A model generated the notes under the pieces. The model had not been told where the DNA came from, did not search any database, and saw nothing but the letters and a program-made list of their open reading frames with translations. Made by a program: the position numbers and the translations under genes. A stretch of 64,000 nt of DNA from contig JARFYF010000094.1 of the NCBI GenBank assembly GCA_030265395.1, forward strand, positions 27,947,262 through 28,011,261, in the 5' to 3' direction. Below are positions 52,725 through 64,000 of the stretch, piece after piece (position 1 is the first letter of the stretch; each line of letters starts with the position of its first letter). This DNA is from Rhina ancylostomus (taxonomy: Eukaryota).

Positions 52725-53320
52725 ATACTACCAGACTGATTCCTGGGATAGCATGCTGTATGAAGACAGATTAGGTTGACTAATCTAGGTTGAGATTATT
52801 TTCACTAGGGTTTCAAAGAAAGAGAGGGGATCTTAATTAAAGCTAAAATATTTTAACAAGGCTAGATTGATTAGATGCAGGAAAGATTTTTGCCCTTGGC
52901 TAGGGTGTTTACAATGGAGTTTCATAGTCTCAGATCATGGGGTAAGAGATTTAGAAATGAGGTGAGAAATTTCTTCATGCAGGGGACAGTGATCCTGTGG
53001 AATTTGCTATCACAAGGGTACTAGAGGCCAGGCCATTGACTGTTCTTAAGAAGTGGATAGATAAATTCCCAGACACAAAAGNNNNNNNNNNNNNNNNNNN
53101 NNNNNNNNNNNNNNNNNNNNNNNNNNNNNNNNNNNNNNNNNNNNNNNNNNNNNNNNNNNNNNNNNNNNNNNNNNNNNNNNNAATTCCCAGACACAAAAGG
53201 CTTTGAGAGATATGAGGAGAGAATGGGAATATATTGCTGAAACAAAAGATCAACTATGACTGTATTGTATGGTGAGGAAGGCTCAAAGGGTCAAATGGCC
53301 TACTCCTACTCTTATTTTTC
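52725..53320 (+). mobile_element. CR1 LINE 3' end
   Basis: cagactgattcctgggat..., RGDLIK-like coding remnant, LWNLLSQ and the tail aatggcctactcctactcttattttt. Confidence 0.8.
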
Positions 53321-56300
53321 TGTTTCCATCACTGACGCTAGATTCTTCTCATAGTTAATACACTCTAAGGAGCTGTGGATAGACTAATCCTCTGAGTTAA
53401 CTACACTCAAATCATCTGCCAAAGAAACCATCAGTCCAATGTTAAGATCTGCTTGAGCCCAATCTCCTATATAAAATAACATTTGAAAGTAAGTCCTTCT
53501 GAAGAACTGTCCAATGTGTGCCCAAGACTAACCCAAATTTTTATCACCACTACATATAAGACAGATGTCACGTTGAGGGGGCATTTGGTGTGCAGCCGCA
53601 GAAGGTTGGTGTTGGACTTATCACATAATGATCTGTTTTGTATTAAATAGATTTATTGAGGACTCAGTTTTCTCTTCTGTGCTAAGAGTATCACTTTGGA
53701 TTAGAAAGAGATTTTCCAAATGGAAGTCCTGGTGCTTTACTGTTATGAAGGGGAGCACAATGAATATACAGCAAGATTGATATTGGACTGAGATATAACA
53801 GAAAAAGTCTCTGCACTTATAACATAATCACTCATCAAATACAGTCCAAGGCGTTCTGAGTTTAACTTTTGACATCATCATCGTCTCAGAAGGTTGATGT
53901 ACTTCCATGGCATCTAGGCATCAACTAATAGCTGAATACCCACAGCGAATTCCATCAAATACAGCAAGGTAGGAACCTGTCAAGATCATCATTGCCTTGA
54001 ATTCCTTTGTAACTGAAGCCTTTATAGCATCCCTTGTTAACTTTTGTCACATTAGTCAAGTGGCTTCAACAAGTAGGTTGCTGACACTGCAGAATTTGCA
54101 CGAGTTTTCCCAAAAAGCATGTGCTTCTCAAAGTCTTCATGTGAAATATTGAAAATTGCTGAAGAATTTCCATATGCCTAAGGATCTGTGATCTTTTCAA
54201 CAGTAAGCTCCCTGAGGCTACTGCTGCTTTGCTCTTTCTTGTAGAAAAAGTAACTGCAACCTTCTAAACACTGTTCCACTGCTGAGTTTACCACTTTTCT
54301 AGCAATGATAAACCCAATAGCAGCAACAATCTCTGAACTCAACTCTCAGCCAGGAAAGGAACTTTATTGAAATGTCAGTTTGGATAATTTTGTCTTCATT
54401 GTTTATATGGCAGTCAGCAAAGTAGACCATTGTGGTAAATGTGGATTTACAACTCAGGCAAAGAATATGAAAATCTTTGCATTGTTTAAAATATTTGAAT
54501 ATATATAAGCAGTCCAAAAACAGTGCTGCAATGCTATGAATAATTCAAATGTGCTTTAAAATGGTCATTATATATTAAGAATAATTTAGTAGCATACAGT
54601 GTTGCTTTTTTGTGCCAATATATTGCAAAAATGTATAGTTCCTTTCATCAAACACAGATGTCAAAATCAATGCATTACATTCATTATAATATGCAGCTCT
54701 ATAATTGTACCATCTGCATATCTGTATTTATGTGAAGCTGACAATGTAACAAATATAATTGTCATAAATTATTTACACTAAACAGCATGTAAGATTGGTT
54801 GGAATTCTGGATGTCTTTTTTGAATCCTACTCTCTATGGAGTGAATCCTCTATCTTAAAGTTTTGACATTGCATCTTTATCCATGTTGTTGTTTTAGATG
54901 GGTTTTATGACTCACTAGGAGTGTCACAATGTTGAGCAAAGAGCAAGCTCACAGAGAACCCAAATGTAGCACACTGGTACAGGACTAGAGTCAGGATACT
55001 TCCTCAGGACCAAACACCAGCAGCAACTGGAAGGAACCTTGCCTTGGAGATCTGAGTGGGAATCCCAACATAAACTGAATCTTCAAACAGGAGTAGAGAA
55101 CACAGGACTGCTCTAGAGTAGACCTCTCTAAGCAGCCAGGAGCCAAAGTATACCCAAAGATTGACCAATACTCTGGCAACTAGTGCTAGAGAAACCCAGG
55201 TANNNNNNNNNNNNNNNNNNNNNNNNNNNNNNNNNNNNNNNNNNNNNNNNNNNNNNNNNNNNNNNNNNNNNNNNNNNNNNNNNNNNNNNNNNNNNNNNNN
55301 NNAATCCATGTGCTGGACAACAAGGCATTAAAGGAGCCAAATTGAGGGCCAGTACCCTGAACTATAACAGGGAGGCTGTTAAGGAAGTTTTGGGTATCTT
55401 GGAGGAAGGATTGGAGTTAACGAAAACCTAAAATGTTTATGTGCACTGTGGAATAGCAGAACAGTCCCATCCTTTGATCTCTTTATTAAAAGATGCCTTT
55501 ACATGCCTCCAATCTTCAGTAAAAATGCTTGGAAACATTATTCCATGCAGGTCTACTCTAAAATGGCTATCAGAGTCCTCAGTGAATCATAGGATCCTAG
55601 TTTCATATTAAAAGTGGCCTTCAAAGAAAAAATAGGCAGCTGCATTTTGATACACTTTTGTGAAAGTTGGAATTTACCAATCAATAGCAATAACTCAGCG
55701 ACAAGTTACTGCTTATTTTGTAAGTTAATATCAACCCAACAATATCTCAACAAAAGGAAGCTGTTTACTTTCAGGCCTCTTATGATAATGGGAAATGCAT
55801 CATATAAATTATTTGTGTACATATGTTCCATAACTCAGTATTACAAGATACTTTCTAAAGAAATGTGTTGGTTTTGGTGGGTTTGTCTTCAGTAGCTGTA
55901 ACCATGGCAACTGCCATTCCTGTTTCCCTAATGTTGCTTAAATTCTTTGGAAATGAAGGATTTTCTATGAATGATTTTGCAACATAATGCATGTTGATCG
56001 AGTGTTCCTAATTATCTAAGTTTTATCATCTTTACACAGCATTTACATGCTGGTTCTAATCTTAACAGTCTCACACAGCAAACACTGCATTTGATTCGCA
56101 GACAGCTAAACATTTTAAGCTTATTCTGCTGTGCAAGGGAAAANNNNNNNNNNNNNNNNNNNNNNNNNNNNNNNNNNNNNNNNNNNNNNNNNNNNNNNNN
56201 NNNNNNNNNNNNNNNNNNNNNNNNNNNNNNNNNNNNNNNNNNNAAAATTAAGATCAATAAATATATGGATCATAATATTTAGTGAGCACTGCTCTCAGGG

Positions 56301-56399
56301 CATAATTAATTTCAGGCATGTCAGTTGTTATATTCTTCATTTCTATTCTGTGTTTTCTCAGTTCTATGCAAATACAACAACTTTATTTTATGTAGGACC

Positions 56400-56900
56400 T
56401 TTAATGTTGTGAAATGCACCAGACTGAAAGGCATACTCAAGCCAAAGCTTTGTTCAAAGAAGTAGGTTTTAAAGAATGCCTTAAAGAATGACAAGCAGAG
56501 AGGTTAAGTGAAGGAATTCCATAATTTAAGACTTAAAGAATGACAGGCAGGGAGGTTAAGTGAAGGAATTCCATAATTTAAGACATAAAGAATTGTCAGT
56601 TTAGCACTGGTTGATGTGGAATGAAATTAGGGATGAATAAGGGACCAGGGCTTGTAGACAGTGGGCTCTTAGATGGTCAACATGCTGAGGGACTTTACAG
56701 TTGGGTGAGAATTTCCATATTCTTAAGACTAGGCGCTAATGTAGCTCAGTGAATTGTGGGATGATGATGTCATGATGGGATTTGATGCAAGGTAGGCTAT
56801 GCAAAGCAAAATTTTGAATGATCTCCTTTACCAAAGATGGGTGGCTGAGGAGGAACACACTGGCAAAGTTAAGTCTAGAGAGAGATAGATACAAAGTGTA
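56400..56900 (-). mobile_element. Old L2-like LINE remnant containing a 52-bp tandem duplication (56480-56583)
   Basis: gcagagaggttaagtgaaggaattcca resembles antisense L2 3' ORF sequence. Two 52-nt units differ at 2 positions. Confidence 0.5.
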
Positions 56901-59900
56901 GAAGTAGGTTCCAATGTATATGTATGGTTCCCTGAAAACTGATTTTGCACTTCATTTTGACAATAATGTTCCTGATTACCAACCTCCTTTTTTATAACTA
57001 TATCTACATGTAAATACACAACATGATCTTATTCACTAAATACACACTAATAGGTTAATAACTTGACAGTGATTGAACCAGAGAGGATTGAAATGTTGCC
57101 TGTTTATCTGTACTTGCTTCAAATTAGAATGTGTTTTTTTGAACTGGTCCACAACAATTATTAAATAATACAGTGAAAAGGATTATTCATTTTTGGCTCA
57201 ACCTAAGAGAACTTTTATTTTAATGGCTCATAGATGTTATTTACATTTTAGGTTTAAAATTTGCATAACTTTTCCACATTTCAGTACCATGCTGGTCACC
57301 AGATCTAAGGAGCTGTCAGATTGCATTAAGTTAGCGTCTGCTTCTGTCACTGTTGGCTGACAGCACTTATAAGGTCTAAAATAAACCGTTTGGAGAAATA
57401 TTCATTCTTGTGCTGTTTGTGAGATGTCACAGCCTAGAGACATGACAATTAACCACAGTAAAAATAGAAATAACAATAGTTAATTACTAGTTAACAGTTC
57501 ACACTACATGACAGTTTCCTGAATGCGATTAACATCAAACACATCACAATTTACATGGATCTCTTGTTTCACTTTCATACACTCATAATCCTCCTGCCCT
57601 ACATATGATGCATTATTTTAAATATTAATGGAATTTCCATAATGCTTCATCCACTATGTGGAAAAATGGTTCTCTTTTATCTTTTTCTATTGTCTTTCTA
57701 ATGTCTGTCTTTTCTCTCTTTCTCTCTCCTTTTTGGCCCTTTACTTAACCTGTTTTGTTTTTCTCTTGCCTTCCTTCTGCTTCTTTCCATTCCAATGCAA
57801 ATTAGTTGGTGATGTGCTGGGATTCCAGCTGACATTTTTAAGACAACATTCCGCCTCTCCCCCTTTGTCCCCAATGCATCACGTACCCTCTCTCTTTTCC
57901 TTCTCAATGCCACCAGCTGCCACAGCTCCTACTAATCATTCAGTCTGATCTGTTGCTTACTTTCTCTTTGACCTCATCCCATCAACTTCATCTTTCTCTT
58001 TTTCTCACTCTATAATAAAGTTCATTAATTTCCTCATCTCCTCAGTCACACCTTCTCACCCTGAATGTGTTTTCCTTCTTCCCTCTATCTCTTATCCATT
58101 TTCTTCACAGAAGGTTCCTCTGCTTTCCAAATTCAACTTGTTAGTTTTTTTTCTGTTTATTAATCAAATTAAAATGAGGAGACCACTGTGAGTTGGATTT
58201 TCCTTTGTGCATCAGAACACTCAAAGCTGGAATTAACATTGTCCTAACCTCACCATGGTCCAGTTTCTGATCCGAGCCTCATTAAAACATCCAATGGGAT
58301 ATCTGCCAACAATAGGGAGACCACAAAACTAGAAGAGCAATTGAAATGTTTGATTAGAATGTATTCAATGCAGTATCAGAATAGGAGTAGACAACCTCAA
58401 AGGGAAAGACTAGCCTTAGACTGCAGCAATGTTTTTGGTATCTTCATAAATATTGAGAAAGCACAGTTGGTTCTTTTCCTTTATCCAGCATATGATGAAA
58501 CTCACCACCACTGCCTAGGGATTACATACATCTTAATTAAAACAGAAAATGCTGGAAATACTCAGCAAATTAAGCAGCAACTGTGGAGAGATCTGTGCTT
58601 CCCAATGACATAATTTTCTTTGTGGCAGGCCTTCTGATAGTATTGGAAGAAATCAGTTGGTCTTGCATATCCCAGCCTCCAACCAAATTGATAATTGGCA
58701 AGTGGTGAAGTGATCTGGCAACATTACTTTGGGACAAGGAGGGAAGAGTGAAGATTGAGTAGGAAAAGAGCAGCAGTCCTTGCTGGTTGATGTTTACCCC
58801 CTCTCCCCACCCCCAACCCTGCTTGATTTAATATAATCTGTAGAGCAGAATCAGTTTCTCTATCTGCTTATCTCTCTCTCATTGTGCTCCCTGTCTATTG
58901 TCCCCCAACTGCTGTGATTTCTGTCCCTATCCAGAAATGCTTGGTAGTGGGGAAAAAAGCTATGTCTCATAGTTGTTAACAAGTAGAATATTTGGATTTT
59001 ACAACTGTCAACAAAACTGAGATGTGATAATTAAAGATTTTAAATTTAAGTGTTTTTTTCAATGTGAACTACAGTGAGCATAATAAAAGATGTACTTTCT
59101 TATTTCCCCATCAACTTCCAACAATATACTTCTAAAGTTCTAAAAAAATCCAGAACAAATCCATATGTATCATTATTTCTCACAGTATCAAACCATTTAA
59201 AACATGCACAATAATTAGCAATCAAAATTTAATTTTCTTAATCATAATACCCAACATTCAAAAAATAGAATGTGACAAAATTCTTCCCACCCTGTACATA
59301 ACATGTATCTTTTGTACTGCACCTAATGGGTAGGGAGGAGTGATTTGGCACATAATTGATCCAAGAATTGTGCATACTTTACATTTATGACTATTTCACC
59401 CTTTCATAATAAGCAGATGTTGCTATGGACTGAGTTATATATCGCATCAATTTAAAGGATAAGAAGATTCAGTGAGCAATTTGTCAAACATTTCTGCACA
59501 GGTTTATTCCTGTGTGTTTTATTCTTGCTTTGCCACAGTGTGTTGTGGGTGTTTTCAGACAGAGGGCTGCATGCTATTATTTCTCAAGCAAATCGTGCTT
59601 TTAGAGATTGCAATTTAGAGGGATCTGAAACACAAGTTATGCTTTCTTAGCAACTCTGGCTTGTATTATAACTCCTTAACACAATGACACAGCTAATAGC
59701 TTCAAACTTTCAGTCATCCTTAACCTTAAGGCTTCTGGAACAATGCAAGCTTCCACCAGAAATTCAACTGTGGGTTGATCAGCTTTCTACAGCAGTGTAA
59801 GAGAAGAGATAAGTACAAGCACCTACTTCCCCATTGACAGTCAACAAGTATCTGGTAAAGGCTTTGCAATTTTACAAAATACAAGGAATCTTCCAGAGGG

Positions 59901-60799
59901 TTTGGAATTGTACACAAAAATCTGCAAATACTGTCTTCCACAAAATTACAAAACTTGCATCAAATAGAGTATTTTTTAATCCAGTTAACATCTTTAATTA
60001 AAGTGGAAAAATTCTCAACAAGGCAAAAGAAAGCAAAGGGGTCACCTCTCAGTTATGTAACATTAGATAATTTCTTTTGTCTCCAACTTCGAAGTTAGAA
60101 TCTGTTGAATCAAATCCAAACATAAATACACTATATTTTTTATTGATAACCCCCTCCCTTGAGGGCGTATTGGATACTTGCCTCCTCATAGCCAATTGCA
60201 TCAAATTCAGTGTGTGGAGTCAAGTAAAAAGCTTAGAATAATTTTACTTTGCACCTGTACCCAACATACCCGTCCTTGGAGGATGTAGTTACCTCCCTGT
60301 TTAAATCGGAAGCTAAGGCAGACTTGCAGTTCCCTAAAGCCAGCCTTGGAAAGCCACACCATTAATTTGTTCGATTTCTGTATCCCAGCTCCTCCTGCAC
60401 GACAAAACAATAAAAAGAACAACCACTCTGTCCTTTTTTGAATGACCACCAGCTGTTCCTTTGAGGATTGCTCACCAGTGCAGCTAATAGTGAATTAGTC
60501 AAACTTTGTTCAGCCTTTCAGTGAATGTTTATAGACCTGGATTTTTCTTGGTCTTCTCTTTTCAGTCATAGTTACAAGGAAGCTCTTATTGACCACATTT
60601 AATGTGGAGATGACATTTTCACATCTAATGTCAGAGTTTCATGCATAAGCCTCAACAGAATATCTGCAATGGCATTCGGCCTGGAACTCCAGTATTTGAT
60701 TGTATAGTTGTACTGTAATAGACTCCTTTGTATTCTTGATGCGCCTGCAGTTGGTATCAAGGATTTGAGACCTAATATCTCTAGAACCGTGGAATTTCT

Positions 60800-62600
60800 T
60801 CATTCCAAACACTTTTCCAAGTACTTCCTTCTTGATTTGTGTATAATTGTGATCATTCCTGATGAGAGTGCGAGGAGCAAAACTGATGGACTCACTTGAT
60901 CATTATCCTCCGCTTAACTTATCATTGAACTTGCAGTGTAAGTTGATGCATCACCCCATAACCACCTCACAACTTGTATCACATTGAACAAGCAGAGCTT
61001 CACTGGCTAAGCTTTTCTTGCATTCGTTGTATGTACTTTGTTATTCTTACTGTATATCCATTTCACATCCTAAACCTTACCTTCAACATCAAAGGATTTT
61101 CTTCTTCTGTGCTTGATGCAATCAATAGATCACTTGGGTTCCACAAGCAGTGATCTACCCTTGCAAGATTTTATCCATTATGGCTGGAAAATCTTGAACA
61201 AAGACTTGACCCCCTTGGAGAACTTAGTGTACGAGTAGAGGCCACTGTGCACATTGATGGCAGGGAACTGCTGACTATTTTTATTGACATTCAATCGTGC
61301 ATAGGCTTGGGACAGATTCAATTTTGTGATAACCTTTGATCCTGCTAATCCTGTGTACAAATCTTGCAAAGGGGGTAGCAGATATTGTTCATCATCTGCA
61401 TCTTAATTTAGTTTGACCTTGCAATCTCCACATAACCACATTGTTTTATCATATGCCTTATCACAAACACTTTCAGTGTAGCACACTTAGTCTGGCCAGT
61501 TTTCACAACAACACTATCTTGTTCAAGCCTATCTAGTTCCTTCTCAGCTTTACTCTTTGAGGCATACAGGACTGGTCTGAGCTTGCAAAGGGCCAGTTTT
61601 GCATCTGGTCTGATGCAAATGCATATACATTGTACTCTGGTTATATTTAAATTTACCTGCTCTGATATATCAACATATCTTTCCAACAATATGTCAAGCA
61701 CTTGAAAGTATCGGCACTAAAAATGTTCTTCCACTCCAGCTTGAGTTATCTTATCTAGTCTTTAGCCATTAAAGTTGGCCTGTTTTGATTGTTTGCTGCA
61801 ATGTTGATATCTGTACTTAATGTCTGTTGTGAACATAAGAATAACAAAATATCTTTTGATTCCCCAATACCAAAAAAGCTATAAATTTCTGTTTTAAATA
61901 TATTCAGTGATTGAGTACATTTTTCTAATTGCCCTAATGCGTGTGAAACCTCAACAGACAATTTTTCCATTTGACATTGCATTTTTTTCCCAATGGTATC
62001 TGGCTGAATTTGCTCAAGTGTCCTAACTCATTGCCAAAAAATCTGCAACATTATTAATGTTCACATCATTGCACTAATTGTTTTTCAAAATCTTTTTCCT
62101 AAAAGTGGTTTTTCTGCTGTTTTTGTTTGTGGATAGATATTGTACAATCCCAGTTTGTTTGTTGTATGAATGATTTTCCACTGAAGTCCTCNNNNNNNNN
62201 NNNNNNNNNNNNNNNNNNNNNNNNNNNNNNNNNNNNNNNNNNNGCTTTGGATCTGCAAGCTGTTGAAATGTGACAATTAATTTAGCCGTTGAAATAACTT
62301 GGCTGATCTAAACTAACAAGAATGTGGTCAGATTGCCATGATAAAAACCAACTGAACTGCTCTCACCATTATGTTTCAGACTCAGTTTCATAGACTTGGA
62401 TTTTGCTATGGCTCTCTGACTGGTGACTGCTGCTGTACTTGTAAGGGATGAAATTTTCAAATATACTTTAATGTCTTTTCATTGACACAGCAATTTTGAA
62501 TGTTGGGTTGCTCTGCTCGTCAATTTGTCCAGTCCAGACACAAACCCATCAAGTAAAGCACAATCTTAGAAGGAACCAAAAGTACAATGTAAAGATAAAT
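60800..62600 (-). mobile_element. Decayed Gypsy/Ty3 LTR retrotransposon internal region
   Basis: IRPDAKLALCKLRPVLYASKSKAEKELDRLEQ and QDLYTGLAGSKVITKLNLSQAY...INVHSGLYSYTKFSKGVKSLFKIFQ (Gypsy RT motifs). A possible gag remnant lies near 62540; a small CR1 piece is inserted at ~61830-61930. Confidence 0.85.
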
Positions 62601-63279
62601 TCTTTAATGAAACAAAGGGCCAGAATGTATCACAGCTAGCCAGGCATTGTATAATAACCCAAGCTCAAGCTCCATTGCACTTGATTATTTTAACCTTTGT
62701 TTAATTAATGTCATTTTTAAAATTTACATTCTAATTACATTTTAGGTAGATTTATTATCTAATTTTTGAGTTCCTCGTAACATTTTTTTTATAATGGTGC
62801 ATGAATGTCTCTGATCATCAGAGATCTGGAAACAGTGACAGGGCCTTCTGACAGCTTTTACTGGGATGGTGTGTGGGTGGAGTCTTGGTTTGTCCTCCCC
62901 GAGGTGTAGTCACCACTCGTCTTCATTGAACAGCTGCAGTGGCAAGATCTTGAGGTTAGTGTGGACATAGGGCTAGCTCTGAGAGCAACTGTGGGCCCTG
63001 GGCTGGCCCAGTATGATCCAGCTCTGTGTATCACTGTCTCACCCTGTTTCTAGCTCCCCATCACAAACTTACAGCTTTCAGCTATTTCTAATGACTTTGG
63101 ACTAATTTTCCAATGTATGCACATAGTCTTTCAGCTTGCATGGTGCAAGAATACCTCTGGCCCAACCTCTGTCAGGCATATTGCATACATTGCTATGTTT
63201 GGTCTCTCATGAAGTCATTTTCTGCTTTAGTCTCCTTGTGTGCTGCCAAGGCCCCTCTGTTCATCCAAACACCTTCAAG

Positions 63280-63465
63280 CCCTACCTTTTAGCATACTGT
63301 ATGTGTCCTAACCTTGTTTGCCCTCCCAAAATGCATCACTTCACATATATAAGGATTAAATTCCATTTGTCTTTGTGCCACCAAACTTTCCAACTGATCA
63401 ATATCTTGCTTAACCTGAGACAAACTTCCTCATTATCTACAATGCTGCCAACTTTTGTATCAATG
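63280..63465 (-). mobile_element. CR1 RT fragment
   Basis: Minus strand reads QMEFNPYICEVMHFG (cf. WQMEFNPDKCEVMHFG). Confidence 0.8.
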
Positions 63466-64000
63466 CTGTGTTGGGCAAAGGCCTAAAGGATCAAAGATAA
63501 GAATGGTTTTTAACTAACAAGTTCCTGATCCAGCACTACGGAGTGCTGATGTAGTACTTACAGGAATGATTGAGGAACACTCCCAGCACAATTTGAACTA
63601 AGTTTCCCTGCTGTATCCAGAAGGAGAGTTTCATTTGGAATGATGTCACGTCTTGTGCGACAGACACAGAAATTGCTTCAGCCCTGAGAGTGAACTTGAG
63701 ATAGAAATGGTTGTTATTGCCATTCACTCCAGGTAAAGTCAATTTTTGATTGTATAATGCTGAACAAACAGTGTTTATACAATTAAAACTCTAGGCTTCA
63801 GTGCATTGTGAAAATGATTCAAGGGTTTAAATTTGTGTGAGTAACTAGTTTCAAGTATAAGCAAACCGGTTGTTCATAGATTTTTAATTATAACCAGTAA
63901 GAGAATTTTAAAATCAGCTATTACTCCAGAGTTTATGAAGTGAACGCAATGCAATTTCAAGCTCTATTGCTTTAAGGGGAGTAGCATGTAATATGTGGCC

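Overview
This is AT-rich vertebrate genomic DNA from a gapped assembly, not prokaryotic; most ORF-track entries are spurious or decayed transposon fragments. The repeat content (V-SINE, CR1, RTE, Penelope, Harbinger) points to a cartilaginous fish, probably a ray (inference). The window lies inside the synaptoporin gene (SYNPR, + strand). Two coding exons missed by the ORF track are visible: a 24-nt first coding segment MCMVIFAP at 8899-8922, and a 125-nt exon [15 protein letters not shown]...YPFR at 42215-42339. They are joined by a 33.3-kb phase-0 intron. The rest is intron filled with decayed CR1, RTE, L2, Vingi-like and Rex LINEs, V-SINEs, Gypsy and solo-LTR remnants, Harbinger elements and a Tigger-like MITE. 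The most notable signals are (i) Penelope-derived repeats carrying minimal hammerhead-ribozyme motifs with compensatory stem changes, some arranged as palindromes, (ii) a possible uORF/poison-exon arrangement around the short-isoform start, and (iii) candidate enhancer-like motif clusters. I found no convincing wholly new multi-gene system. Repeat boundaries are approximate, and family calls rest on recalled motifs, not database searches.
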